From positions 15,872,001-15,936,000 of the forward strand of contig NC_043003.1 in the NCBI RefSeq assembly GCF_006345805.1: a DNA stretch of 64,000 nucleotides, given 5' to 3'. The first letter of the stretch is position 1, and the number at the start of each line of letters is the position of its first letter. Origin of the DNA: Octopus sinensis. Lineage: Eukaryota. Below the pieces are notes generated by a model. That model made no database searches. It saw nothing but the letters and a program-made list of their open reading frames with translations, and was not told the DNA's origin. Below, piece by piece: positions 1-12,402 of this stretch. A program made the position numbers and the translations under genes.

Positions 1-156
1 TGAAATAACTTGTGTTATCAGTCGAAACTTTGTCCTACAGGATTAAATTATGTAACAATGGTATATTAGAGTAGAGGTACCTAAGCGATAATCTAACGTA
101 ACTAAAGGGGGCCATGGATTACCAAGTGCAGTTGTTGTCTAATTGCATTAGATAGT

Positions 157-367
157 TACTCTTTTACTTGTTTCAGTCATTTGACTGTGGCCATGCTGGA
201 GCACTGCCTTTAGTCGAGCAAACTGACCCCAGGACTTATTCTCTGTAAGCCTATTACTTAGTCTATCGGTCTCTTTTGCCGAACCGCTAAGTTACGGGGA
301 CGTAAACACACCAGCATCGGTTGTCAAGCGACTTGGGGGGACAGACACAGGCACACAAACATACACG

Positions 368-402
<35 letters not shown>

Positions 403-563
403 GCGACGGGCTTCTTTCAATTTCCGTTTAGCAAATCCACTCACAAGGCTTTGGTCGGCCCGAGGCTATAGTAGAAGACGCTAACCCAAGTTGCCACGCA
501 GTAGTACTGAACACGGATCCATGTGGTTTGTAAGCAAGCTATTTACCACACAGCTACTCCTAC
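157..563 (-). mobile_element. tRNA-derived SINE, family A, with internal (TA)n/(CA)n
   Basis: Homologous to copies at 9293-9826, 25035-25453, 48119-48505 and 53409-53805. Family head has A-box-like TGGCTGTGTGG and B-box-like GGTTCAGTCCC; tail ...GACTGAAACAAGTAAAAGAGTA. Confidence 0.85.
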
Positions 564-654
564 GGAAATTAGACTGTCTATGTTCAAATCCTGAAAGAGC
601 CGACTTCGCTTCTATACATATAAGGGCTAGAAAACTACAATCGGTTATACTGAT

Positions 655-1268
655 TTCAAATTTTGACACAAGGCCAGCAACTCTGGGGAAAGGGCAAGTT
701 GATTGCATCTACCATAATGTTCAACTGGTATTTAATTTATAGACCCTGAAATGATGAGAGATAAAATCGATACTGGGGGTATTTGAACTCAGGACGTTAA
801 AGTCGGAAGAAATACTGACAAGCATTTTGTCTGGTGCGGTAACGATACTTATTTCTTTACTACCCACAAGGAGCTACACACAGAGGGGATAAACAAGGAC
901 AGTCAAACGGATTAAGTCGATTATATCGACTCCAGTGCGTAACTGGTACTTATTTTATCAACCCCGAAAGGATGGAAGACAAAGTCGGCCTCGGCGAAAT
1001 TTGAACTCAGAACGTAACGGTAGACGGAATACCTATTTCTTTTCTACCCACAAGGGGCTAAACACAGAGGGGACAAACAAGGACAGACACACGGATTAAG
1101 TCGATTATATCAACCCCAGTGCGTAACTGTAACTTATTTAATCGACCCCGAAAGGGTGAAAGGCAAAGACGACCTCGGCGGAATTTGAACTCAGAACATA
1201 ACCGCAGACGAAATACGGCTACGCATTTCGCCCGGCGTGCTAACGATTCTGCCAGCTCACCACCTTTG
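655..1268 (-). mobile_element. SINE family B multimer (3 units)
   Basis: Repeated body GTTCTGAGTTCAAATTCCGCCGAGGTCGACTTTGCCTTTCATCCTTTCGGGGTCGA..AAGTACCAG. The central segment resembles the Meta domain of MetaSINEs (from memory, unverified). Confidence 0.8.
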
Positions 1269-1510
1269 CCATCAGTTATATTAATGATACTTCTGATTCT
1301 ATCATCTTTATCTCCTCCTTTAGACATAAGGACTCATGCACGTACAATACTTTTAATTTTAATCTTTTATCTTTTACTTTTTCTCAGTCATTACATTGCG
1401 GCCATGTTGGAGCTCCGCCCTGAGGAACTTTTAGTCGAATGGATCGACCCCAGCACTTACTCTCGGAAGCCCGATGCTAATTATTCGGTAGCCATGATAA
1501 AACTCCGATG

Positions 1511-1580
1511 GCCAGATAACTGAAGAGATGGCGGCGTGGATTTCCGCCTCGGCATCCGAAACTCGGAGTTTTATCATGGC
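1511..1580 (+). ncRNA. Type I hammerhead ribozyme motif
   Basis: Stem I GCCA-GATAA/TTATC-A-TGGC; core CTGAAGA 1520-1526; stem II GATG..CATC; GAAA 1558-1561; stem III CTC-G-GAG; cleavage triplet GTT 1568-1570. Confidence 0.7.
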
Positions 1581-1586
1581 TACCGA

Positions 1587-1636
<50 letters not shown>

Positions 1637-2674
1637 ATATGTATGTATGTATGTATGTATTACAAACAGCAACATCTTATGAAATGCTTGTCTTTGTGTC
1701 TCTCACAGAAACAAACGAACATATATGGTATTGTTCAAGTTGAATGCATCTCTACAACTTCAAGTCTCTTAGCTTGTATATCAGTGTTATGTAATATATT
1801 AAGAAGATAAATGTTCTGTTTTAAACTTGCATGAGTCACATCAAACACCAAATATATTGAGCGTAACTACATGAAAGAAAGCAGACGTGTCTCCTTGATT
1901 ATGATAACGTAACAAAAGCAATTATGAGCGACAGGAAAACTACTTCTTGGGTGTGTAGCAAAAAAAAGGAAGTGTATATTTAGTTATGTGAACAGAAGTA
2001 TCTTTAAAAGCTTCGTGAATTCATGTTCAAGGAGCATAAGATTAAAATTTCGATACCAAATAGTTAATCATAGAGTACAAAACATTTTACCAAACTAAAT
2101 AACAGATTGCCAACATGCATTGCAGAAAAAAAAATCAAATCAAAAGAACCATCCTTTAAATAGAAAACGGATACAATTTCAGTATGTCATCACAATAAAA
2201 ATTGCTCTTGGAAATCTACAAGTGCAAAATTGTATTTAATTTATCGACAAAAAGAAAAATTGGGGAAAGAAGAGAGTTGAGTACAACATTCCGTTTCAGA
2301 ACCCTGACCATCAATGGTATTCCAATGGTATGTTGTGCTATCTCACAATTGCCTTTTCTGCTTGAAACATACTTGAAGTAATGGGAAATAGACAAATTTA
2401 GCAATAATATTACTTACCTATCTGTATATCTATCTATCTTTCTATCTATCTACTTACCTCTCTCTGTTTGTCTTTACCTGTATGTATATACATGCATACA
2501 TTATATATATATATATATATATATATACATGAAGAGAGAGAGAGAGAGGAACTGATAAATGCTCACACACTTAGGGTGAGATAGAAAGAGATACATATGC
2601 ATATAAGCGTATCAAATAACCATCTATTTCGATACATTTAAACACATTCATTCACACACGCGAGAGCGCGCGTT

Positions 2675-2707
<33 letters not shown>

Positions 2708-2721
2708 AAGCACTCACGCAC

Positions 2722-2740
2722 ACATACATACATACATACA

Positions 2741-2774
<34 letters not shown>

Positions 2775-2808
2775 CATACATACATACATACATACATACA
2801 TACATACA

Positions 2809-2839
<31 letters not shown>

Positions 2840-2853
2840 CATACATACATACA

Positions 2854-2884
<31 letters not shown>

Positions 2885-3335
2885 CATACATACATACATA
2901 CATACATACATACATGCATGCATGCATACATACATACATACATACATACATACATACATACATACATTCATACATACATACATACATACATACATTCATA
3001 CATACATACATACATACATACATACATACATACATACATACATACATACATACAACATACATACATACAACATACATACATACATACATACATACATACA
3101 TACATGCATGCATACATACATACAACATACATACATACTACATACATTCATACATACATACATACATACATACATACATTCATACATACATACATACATA
3201 CATACATACATACATACATACATACATACATACATTCATACATTCATACATACATACATACATACATACATACATACATACATACACACATACATACATA
3301 CATACATACATACATACATACATACATACATACAT
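2722..3335. repeat. (CATA)n microsatellite
   Basis: Direct inspection; source of the YIHT/MYVC pseudo-ORFs. Confidence 0.98.
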
Positions 3336-3649
3336 TCGCAAAGATTCTTATATACAACATGAAGAAATTACTGAAATCAAAGTTACATCGATTGATTTTC
3401 TTGAAATTTAGGGGCGCCTGAGAATTAAGTACGATAATTACCATAGTTTCAAACGAAAAGCGAAAAGAAATAATAGGGTTAGACCTGAGCTGCAAGAAGG
3501 TAGAATTAAGCAAGAAAACAACGTTTTCGTATTCTTTCGCCAAAGGGAAGTTTAAACTCCAAGCTCTTAATTTAATGTATTAAATATAATTTAATACATA
3601 TAATTTACCTGATAAATTGCTGTTCGTTTCATAAATGAAAGGCATATAG

Positions 3650-3671
3650 AAAGATAGATAGATAGATAGAT

Positions 3672-3711
<40 letters not shown>

Positions 3712-3921
3712 GTATATATATATAGATAGGTATATATATATAGATAGATAGATAAATAGGTATATATATATATATAGATAGATAGATAGATAGGTATATA
3801 TATAGATAGATAGATAGGTATATATATATATAGATAGATAGATAGATAGATAGGTATATATAGATAGATAGATAGGTATATATATAGATAGATAGGTATA
3901 TATATAGATAGATAGATAGGT

Positions 3922-4019
<98 letters not shown>

Positions 4020-4060
4020 GGATGGATGGATGGATGGTCAGATAGATGGATAGATAGGTA
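3650..4060. repeat. (GATA)n/(TA)n/(GATG)n compound microsatellite
   Basis: Direct inspection. Confidence 0.97.
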
Positions 4061-4935
4061 GGAAAGTAGGTAAGCAAATAGATAGAGAGAGAGAAGCCAA
4101 GAAGGAAAGACAGACAGACAGACAGACAGATAGAGAGAGAGTGGGGTTATAGATGCATGGATTATGCATATACTTACAATTCGAATAATAGTTTCCTATG
4201 CGAAAATAGACGGCTACATATGTAGCAAACAAGAAAGGTAGATAGATCCACAGATAGATAAGCAGACGGCCAAACTGATAAACAGTCAAGTCGGTAATTA
4301 GGGAGGTAGATAGATAGGGCAATGCTGTGGGAGGATGGGTTAACAGATAGATGAATATTGGATCGAAAGATGGATAATTTTAAAGGGAGATCGACAGAAC
4401 TGACTACCAAATCGATAAATTGATAGATCGATAGACAGAAAGATCACAGTGCGTGTGTGTGTGGGTGTGAGTGTGTGATTGTGTTTCAAAAATGACAAGG
4501 TTTTACGTGTGTTGCATATAATGATAAAACGTACTCATTAAAGCATCGGTTTTGGTATTCGCTCCGTATACAATGAGACGTCACGATTAAAAGTCAGACA
4601 AAACTGACATGTTAGCTTTACCGGTGATGCATGCGGAGACAGCGCCGCTGTGCATGGAGTGGAATTTAATGGAAGGAAACCTTTGGAAGATTTGGAAGAT
4701 GGACCAGAACGGAGGAGGACGCGAAGGTATACACATGCACGTGCACATACACACACACCTTCTCTGTATCTGTCTGTCTCTCTCCCTCTTCTTCATCCAC
4801 TCTCACTCACACCCACATTGAAAATAAAACAACAATAATCAGTTTCATATGCAACGGAGATAGCATGTATATATACCTACATATAATATATATGTATACT
4901 AATATATATAATTATAAATATGTGCGTATATATGA

Positions 4936-4991
<56 letters not shown>

Positions 4992-5110
4992 CATATATAT
5001 AAACTTACATATAAACTTACATAAAACTTTACATATATTTGATTGATTGATTGAATCAATCAATCAATCAATCAATCAATCATATATAAACTTACACACA
5101 CACACACACA

Positions 5111-5950
5111 TCTTCTATATATATATAAAATTGAGAATGTGTGTCTGTCTGTCTGAATCCCTAAAACTTGAGAACTACACAACGAATTTCTTTCAAATTT
5201 TACACATACCTTACTTAGGGTCCAGGGAGTGTCATTGGCAAAAAAAGTTTTAACTTTTTGCCTAGGGCGAGCCCACAGCAATATCATATCGTCTCTACTA
5301 TGAATCCTTAAAACTTGAGAACTACACAACCAATTACATTCAAATTTTACACATGCCATAATTAGGGTCCATGGAGTATCCGCTTTGGGCGCCATTGGGC
5401 TCACTGTCTAAGGCTACGACACCACAGTGAGCCTTGGACAGTGAGCCCAATGGCGCCCAGAGCGAGCTCTGGTCGCCATAGCGCTCACTGTGGTGTCGTA
5501 GCCTTGGACAGTGAGCCCACAGTCAGCGTAATGGCGACCAGAGCTCGCTCTGGGCGCCATTGGGCTCACTGTCCAAAACTACGACACCATAGCGAGCGCT
5601 ATGGCGACCAGAGCTCGCTTTGGGCGCCATTGGGCTCACTGTCCAAGGCTACGACACCACAGTGAGCGCTATGGCGACCAGAGCTCTATAACCTTCATTT
5701 TTCAGGAGTAAAATATTTTTAACAGGTTCAATAAAACTGGAATTTTGGAATATGCGCATAAATATTCTGTAATATGGGATATATGTGGCACGATTACAAT
5801 TTTTGGGGGCTGTGTAAAGACGGAAATAACCCTCATCTGCAATTTTGATGAAATTCAAAACAGATATTCTAGTTCATTAGAGAAAATATAACAGAAAAGT
5901 CTAATTCTTCAATTGTATGTAACACGCGCAATGCCGGGTATCTCTGCTAG
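5111..5950 (+). mobile_element. Non-autonomous Helitron-type element
   Basis: 5' TC(TTCTATATATATATAAAA) after A; 3' degenerate GC hairpin (CACGCGCAATGCCGGGT) then CTAG followed by T; no TSD. Confidence 0.75.
5381..5686. repeat. GC-rich 70-bp minisatellite with an inverted block
   Basis: GAGCTC recurs at 5541, 5611 and 5681 (period 70); 5431-5518 is the reverse complement of the unit. Confidence 0.9.
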
Positions 5951-6081
5951 TATATATATATATATATATATATATGTCTAATATATATGTATAATTATAA
6001 ATATGTGCGTATATATGCATATGTGTGTATATATATTTATATATATATATACTTACACACACCCACACACACACATATATA

Positions 6082-6125
<44 letters not shown>

Positions 6126-6265
6126 TATATAGGGATGTACTTGCATAGCAAATGATTTGATCTGAGATCGTGTGCTGAAACGGAAACAATTGCAGCGTGG
6201 AAGTGTTTGTAAGCCATTTAAGAATCACACAAAGCCGTCCGATTCACTCCAACGTTTAAGTTTAA

Positions 6266-6316
6266 TTTGTCAAAATATTTTCGTCGCCTTAAGTCCGCGA
6301 CCTGTTCACTGACAAA
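6266..6316 (-). ncRNA. Minimal type I hammerhead motif with G3:C8 core
   Basis: Minus strand reads TTTGTCA GTGAACA G GTCGC ggacttaag GCGAC GAAA ATAT TT TGACAAA: 7-bp stem I, 5-bp stem II, palindromic stem III. Confidence 0.7.
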
Positions 6317-6405
6317 AATCCGTGGTGCATCATATATATATATATATACTTACATATATATATGTATATATACGTATATATATATAATTATATATATATA
6401 TAATA

Positions 6406-6436
<31 letters not shown>

Positions 6437-6439
6437 ACG

Positions 6440-6620
6440 GGAAGCTTTACGAAAATAAACAAAAGACGAAGGCAGGTGGAATACAAACAAACAATTGTAT
6501 TAGTATGGCGCTGAGGAATATAGATAAAACAAGTCTTTTACGTTTCGAGCCTACGCTCTTCAACATAAAAATACACAGAAAAGAAACACGGAGAGAAACA
6601 AGGAGAGAAAAAAATGCGTG
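6440..6620 (-). mobile_element. Short hammerhead-bearing repeat, family D (Penelope pLTR-like)
   Basis: Homologous to 14130-14285, 37775-37945 and 56500-56660; motif ..GTTGAAGAGCGTAGGCTCGAAACGTAAAAG at 6535-6570. Confidence 0.65.
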
Positions 6621-6719
6621 CAGAAGCTAGTAATCAACATGGCGATCTGATTCCGGCCAGAAGTCAAAGATCAAACGTGAGACGCAAGAGCGAAAATAGG
6701 GGAGATATATGTATATATG

Positions 6720-6794
<75 letters not shown>

Positions 6795-7314
6795 TATATA
6801 TGTGTATATATATATATTATATATATATATATATACATATATCTACATACGTATATATATTCATATGCATATATACATATGTACGTTACACACAGAGCTC
6901 ATCTACGTACAGTTGGTGCCAGTCTTCCTCAACACATATATTCAAAGCTCAAAATATTCTCAGCTTACACCGTATATCTCTGCTCCCCAAAATGGGCGTC
7001 ATTTATTGGCATTCATATATATATCGCAAAATTCACAGCTGCATACACACACACACACATATCCACACATGACACAGAACAATTCAATTTATTGTCGTGT
7101 GAATACAATTCTCTTAATTATTTATGAGACGATAAATAGGCGATTGCGTAATGCTAAGTGGATGAGGTGAATATAGATTTTCAAGTTCGATACGAAACTG
7201 TATAGTGTGCTACTATTTGTAAGAAATATCGATTTCAAATTTTGGCACAAGGCCAGCAATTTTGGGAAAGGGTTAATACTGCTAAGCATTTTGATTGGTT
7301 CACTAACGATTTAT

Positions 7315-8045
7315 TTTCTTTTCTACTCTAGGCACAAGGCCCAAACTTTGTGGGGAAGGTGGTCAGTCGATTAGATCGACCCCCAGTACGCAACTAGTAC
7401 TTTATTTATTGACCCTGAAAGGATGAAAGGCAAAATCAACTTCGGTAGAATTTGAACTCAGAACATAAAGACAGACGAAATACCTATTTCTTTACTACCC
7501 ACAAGGGGCTAAACACAGAGAGGATAAACAAGGACAGACAAACGGATTAAGTCAATTATATCGACCCCATTGTGTAACTGGCACTTATTTAATCGACCCC
7601 GAAAGGATGAAAGGCAAAGTCGACCTTGGCGGAATTTGGACCCAGAACGTAACGGCAGATGAAATACCACTAAGAATTTCGCCCGGCGTGCTAACGATTT
7701 GCCAGGTAATGTCGACCTCGGCGGAATTCGAACTCAGAACGTAAAGACAGACGAAACACCCCTAAGCATTATGCCCGGTTTCCTAACGATTCCGCCACCT
7801 CGCTACCTTCAATTGTAAGAAATATTACCCTTTTAGCTGGCAGACACGCTGGCATGCCGGGCGGAATGCTTAGCAGTATTTCGTCTGTCGCTACGTTCTG
7901 AGTTCAAATTCCGCCGAGGTCGACATTACCTTTCGTCCTTTCTGTGTCGATTAAATAAATACCAGTTACGCACTGGGGTCGATGTAATCGACTTAGCCCT
8001 TTTGTTAGTCTTCTCTATGTTTAGCACCCTATGGGCAATAAAGAA
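7315..8045. mobile_element. SINE family B cluster (minus-strand multimer 7315-7810, plus-strand copy 7835-8045)
   Basis: Same body and tail as other family B copies. Confidence 0.8.
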
Positions 8046-8139
8046 ACAAATACTTCTACTATAGAAGTATTCTACTTCTTGCATTTGAATTATGGTAAGT
8101 ATCCCTCTGTATAAAACAGGTGTTAATGACGTTTAAAAA

Positions 8140-8695
8140 TATTGGATTGTCCGGAAAGTTCGTGTCGATTTTTAAAGGAAAGAAAAAGGTCAATAAATAC
8201 TTGCCATTACATTTTTAATCAACCGAATATGAACCATTTTTTTACACAATGTGTCTCCATCTTTCCTTTAACTTGAAAATACCCTCTTCCCAGAATTGAG
8301 GTGGTTTCATGGTAAAGAATTCATCAAGGTATCTTTTTATTTCATCAAGGAATTGAAATTTTTACCATTAAAACTATTTGCAGAGACCTGAATAAGTGGA
8401 AATCCGAAGTAGCAATATCTGGTGAGTGTAGAGGGTGGGATAACACATCCCTGCCGAGCTGCAACAATCTTTGTCTGGTTCCCAAAGCATCAAGTGCCAA
8501 AGATGAACTTTCTTATCTTCATTTTTAAGGGTTACAGATTTAACACAGTTTATAGGAACATAAACCTTCTTCCACGAAAAGATAGCTTAAACTGTGCTCT
8601 AAATGGAGGTGTAGTCAAATCCTATTTTATGAACTCAACCATGTTCTAAAAGTAAGCTACTATAAATCGGCACGAACTTCCCAGACAACCCAATA
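8140..8695 (-). mobile_element. Internally deleted mariner transposon
   Basis: ~30-bp TIRs TTGGATTGTCCGGAAAGTTCGTGTCGATTT / AAATCGGCACGAACTTCCCAGACAACCCAA; TA TSD; minus-strand remnant HPLHSPDIATSDFHLFRSL..FWEEGIFKLKERWRHIV (YSPDLAPSD motif). Confidence 0.92.
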
Positions 8696-8747
8696 TATTC
8701 CTCATCTTGATCTAAAATATTTGGTGTTTTATTTGTTATATAAAATT

Positions 8748-9053
8748 TGTTTGTTCCTTCTCGAGCTATGCCAGGCTCATAAGGGCTGGTTTCCTGGTTT
8801 CCTTGACCTATAGGTTCCCCACCTGGACGAGACGCCGGTCTGTCGCAGGTGAGCTGCAAGATGCATGAGGAAAGAGTGAGAAAAAGTTGTGGCGGAAGAG
8901 TCAGCAGAAGTTCGCTGTTACCTTCTGCCGGAACCGCGTGGAACTTATGTGTTTCGCTCATAAGCACACACATCGCCCTCGTCTCAGATTCGAACCCACG
9001 ATCCCGCGACCGCGAGTCCGCTGCTCTAACCACTAGGCCATGTGCCTCCACGC
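8748..9053 (-). mobile_element. tRNA-derived SINE family C, tail type i
   Basis: tRNA-like head TGGCCTAGTGGTTAGAGCAGCGGACTCGCG..GGTTCGAATCT; 11-bp TSD TATATAAAATT at 8737-8747 and 9054-9064. Confidence 0.85.
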
Positions 9054-9292
9054 TATATAAAATTAGCTGTGATAATTTTTGCACTTGTGTTAGCGCACGG
9101 GCAAGTGTGTGTGTGTCTGTGTGTGCACAGCTTTGCATCATGTCGTGTATCTCTCTTTTTCATTGCTCATATTAAAAATTTTCGTATACGTAACTCTGCA
9201 AAAAACGCGTTGAGATGAATTCATTTTCATTCTTGTTTTTCCTTTTATTTTTCATTAAATTTTTTTTTTCAAATCAGCCAATAATATCTCTC

Positions 9293-9600
9293 GTTTACTT
9301 TACTTGTTTCAGTCATTTGACTGTGGCCATGCTGGAGCACCGCCTTTAGTCGAGCAAATCGACCCAAGGACGACGTATTCTTTGTAAGCCTAATACTTAT
9401 TCTATAGGTCTCTTTTGCCGAACCGCTAAGTTACGGGGAGGTAAACACACCACCATCGGTTGTCAAGCGATGCTGGGTGGACAATCACAGACACACAAAC
9501 ATATACACATACATACATACAAACATACATACATACATACATACATACAACATATATACATACATACATACATACATATATATATATAACATATATATAT

Positions 9601-9632
<32 letters not shown>

Positions 9633-9826
9633 CTAGAATATATATATTATATATACATATATACGACGGCCTCTTTCAGTTTCCGTCTACCAAATCCACT
9701 CACAGGCTTTGGTCGGCTCGAGGCTATAGTAGAAGACATTTGCCCAAGGTGCCACACAGTGGGACTGAACCCAGAACCATAATGGTTGGGAAGGAAGCTA
9801 CTTACCACACAGCCACTCCTACGCCT
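9293..9826 (-). mobile_element. SINE family A
   Basis: Homologous to 157-563; expanded internal microsatellite. Confidence 0.85.
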
Positions 9827-9827
9827 A

Positions 9828-10285
9828 TATATTCTTTTTCATTGTTCACGACTTCTTGCCAACGAGTCACTCGCTTCTCAATGGGCCGACGATATAAATC
9901 GGTAACTCCTGACTCAAAGAATCCATCATGCCTAGATTTTAGTACCTCGACGTCGTTGAACGAAATGCTATGCAGACTGTCAGTGAGCGACCGAAAAATG
10001 TGATCAACTGAAGATGTTGTATCAGGAGAATACGGGCTCTTGAGAATCGTTTTTGATCAAATTAATGACATGGGATGGGGGTAGGAGTGTTGTCTTGTTT
10101 ACGAAGCACTTCGAGCCATCGGCTTGTCGTTTAGAATTTAGTCATTAAGTGAAGGTGTTGGGCGACAAGTATAATGACTGACTGGACGGAACATTCGGCT
10201 GAAAGTCGAAGAATGTATGGTCATTGCATTTCTCTTATTTGAAGCGTGTAAACCATTCCTGTGGAGTTCTTTCAGCAACAGCGAC
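9828..10285 (-). pseudogene. Degenerate mariner transposase relic
   Basis: Minus-strand translation PYSPDTTSSVDHIFRSL..FFES..LYRRPIEKRVTRWQEVVNNEKEY, and upstream VAERTPQEWFTRFK (HTH region). Confidence 0.8.
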
Positions 10286-10465
10286 GTGGAGGCCCAATGA
10301 CCCATTGGTTAGGGCAGTGGACTGGCGGTCGTAAGAACGCGGTCTCGATTCCCGGTCCGGCTATTGTGAGTGTTTATTGAGCAAAAGTACCTAAGCTCCA
10401 CGAGGGGGAGGGTGGTGAACCCCGCTGTACTCTTTCACCACGAAATTCTCTCACTCTTTCTTCCT
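10286..10465 (+). mobile_element. SINE family C, 3'-truncated
   Basis: GTGGAGGCCCAATGACCCATTGGTTAGGGCAG..GTGTTTATTGAGCAAAA..CTGTACTCTTTCACCAC. Confidence 0.75.
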
Positions 10466-12120
10466 ACTTCTGCCACAAAGCAGAGGAATCATGGTGTAAC
10501 CCACTATCGTGTGGCAAAAATTTCAGACCCTAGTCTAGATTGCGAATCCTATGTATCCCAGGATAGTCCAGCTCTCCACCCGTTAAAAGCCACCGTTTAC
10601 GGAATGAAGATAACAACGTAGCTTTCGCGCCCGTGCAACAGCCAGTCTACCGCGTGTAACACAACAACAACAACAACAACAACAACAAGAAGAAGAAGAA
10701 GAAGAAGAAGCGACTTTTCGGAACACTACAAATGTCTCGAGAGCTTTGGAACCTTGACTGTGGACGAAGAAAAACAACTATTGAAAACGCTCTTCTTTTT
10801 CTACTCGGTGTTCCATCGTCATGTGTCTGAAGAGAAGTCAAATTTATTGAAATTTCAAAATCGATAAACAAAAGTTTAAGAGAAAGAACAGAGCTACAAA
10901 ATACAAAGCCATAATACACAACGACAGAAATGGAAATACTGGTTTGTTTGTGTTTATTCAAGTACCCTTAGAATGAAACGAATGAATTTATCTCAAAATA
11001 TCTAATATATATATATTATGCTAACTCTGAACTTGAAACAGAGAGTTAAAAATAATCTCGCTGAATTCTGGCATCAAATTAAAGAAAAACCAAATAAGAT
11101 TTTCTGCATATAATTTTTTTAAATATTATTTTGAATATTTTGTCAATATTTTTTTATCCGGCTTCATCTCTTTTTAATGTTGCAATATCGTTCCGCTTAT
11201 ATACATTTATTTTCAAATGCTGGTCCTCGAATTAAAACACTTCACAAATTAATTTGCTACATACATTTCATTTATTTTAGCAATTTTTCTTCATTGTACT
11301 ACATTTGCTGCCAACACAGCGAAGCTGTTTTAACTAGATTACTGACTTTTATTTCTTTACTATTATTTGATGGCAATCATCTCATAATAATTTTGAGATA
11401 TCAATGTTGATACACTTCCAAGTATCTTTTTTCTATTTTTTTAAACTTCTAGTTTTATTCCTCTTTCTATTTCTATTTTTGTTCAATAGTTCAAAATGAA
11501 CTGATGTTTATCTTCCACTTGCTTCCTTTATTGGACTGCGACCATATTCGGACATTGGTTTGAAGAGATTTCGTAGAACAAATTGAAACAATTATTTGTT
11601 TTACTTAAGTGATATTCATTCTCATACTTTTTTTTACCTAACCTCTTAATTAAAGAGACGTAAACAAACCACCACCAGTTGTCAAGCAGGTGGGAACAAA
11701 CACATTCACAAAAACACAAAGATAAATATATATACGACAGGCTACTGTGGCCTCGAATTTAGAGCGCGTTATGCACTGTGTTCTTAAACAAAACATTTCA
11801 TTTCGTTTCGCTCTGAGATCACTTTCGCACTGTGCATCTATACTGAGTGAGTGAACTTATAGACAGCTCAGACATTTCATCATTGTGAGCAAATCACTAG
11901 TTCATGTTCGTCGAGAGATTGCGCAACCCCTCCGTCGTTTACGACAAGTGAGTCCAAAATACGACGAGCCTACACACACTTTCCGTCTACCAAATTTAAT
12001 CACATGAGTCTGTCCGGAGTTATAATAAAGACACGTTCCCAAAGTGTCGTGCAGTGAGGCTGAATCCAAAACCACGTAGTGGTAAAGAGATCTTCAGAAC
12101 AGCTCAGTCACGCCTCTGAA

Positions 12121-12402
12121 AACCTAACTTATATAATAACCTGCTAGGCTTGCGGACACAACAATATTGGACAGACGAGTATGACCTTGAGAAGGAGAAC
12201 CACTCTACATAAAGAGCAAATCCGTTTCCCGCAATACAGACAAATTCCTCTCAGTGAGTATATAGAAAAATGTACTGATAGCATCAAACCAAATTTCACA
12301 GTCTTCTACCAGTGCAAAGACACAATCTCTCCACAAGAACGTTTAAGTAAAGAAACTTTTTTCATTGAAAAATACAGATCACGTCTTAATATGCACGTAT
12401 AA
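12121..12402 (+). pseudogene. Penelope-like element GIY-YIG endonuclease relic
   Basis: In frame NLTYIITC*ACGHNNIGQTSMTLRRRTTLH..RLSKETFFIEKYRSRLN, matching the PLE pattern IY..C..C..YIG.T..L..R...H..R...E...I.....LN; stop at 12145-12147; downstream GAAACCGGTC at 12711-12720. Confidence 0.85.

Noticed and set aside
1119-1523. 134-aa ORF and similar RNWYLFNRPRKDERQSRPRRNLNSE ORFs
   Set aside because: Antisense reading of SINE family B; recurs wherever the SINE occurs.
5381-5686. CRISPR-like array
   Set aside because: Contiguous 70-bp units without unique spacers, no cas genes, eukaryotic context.
10660-10710. PolyQ/polyE coding tract (CAA)n(GAA)n
   Set aside because: Not part of a supported ORF; simple trinucleotide repeat.
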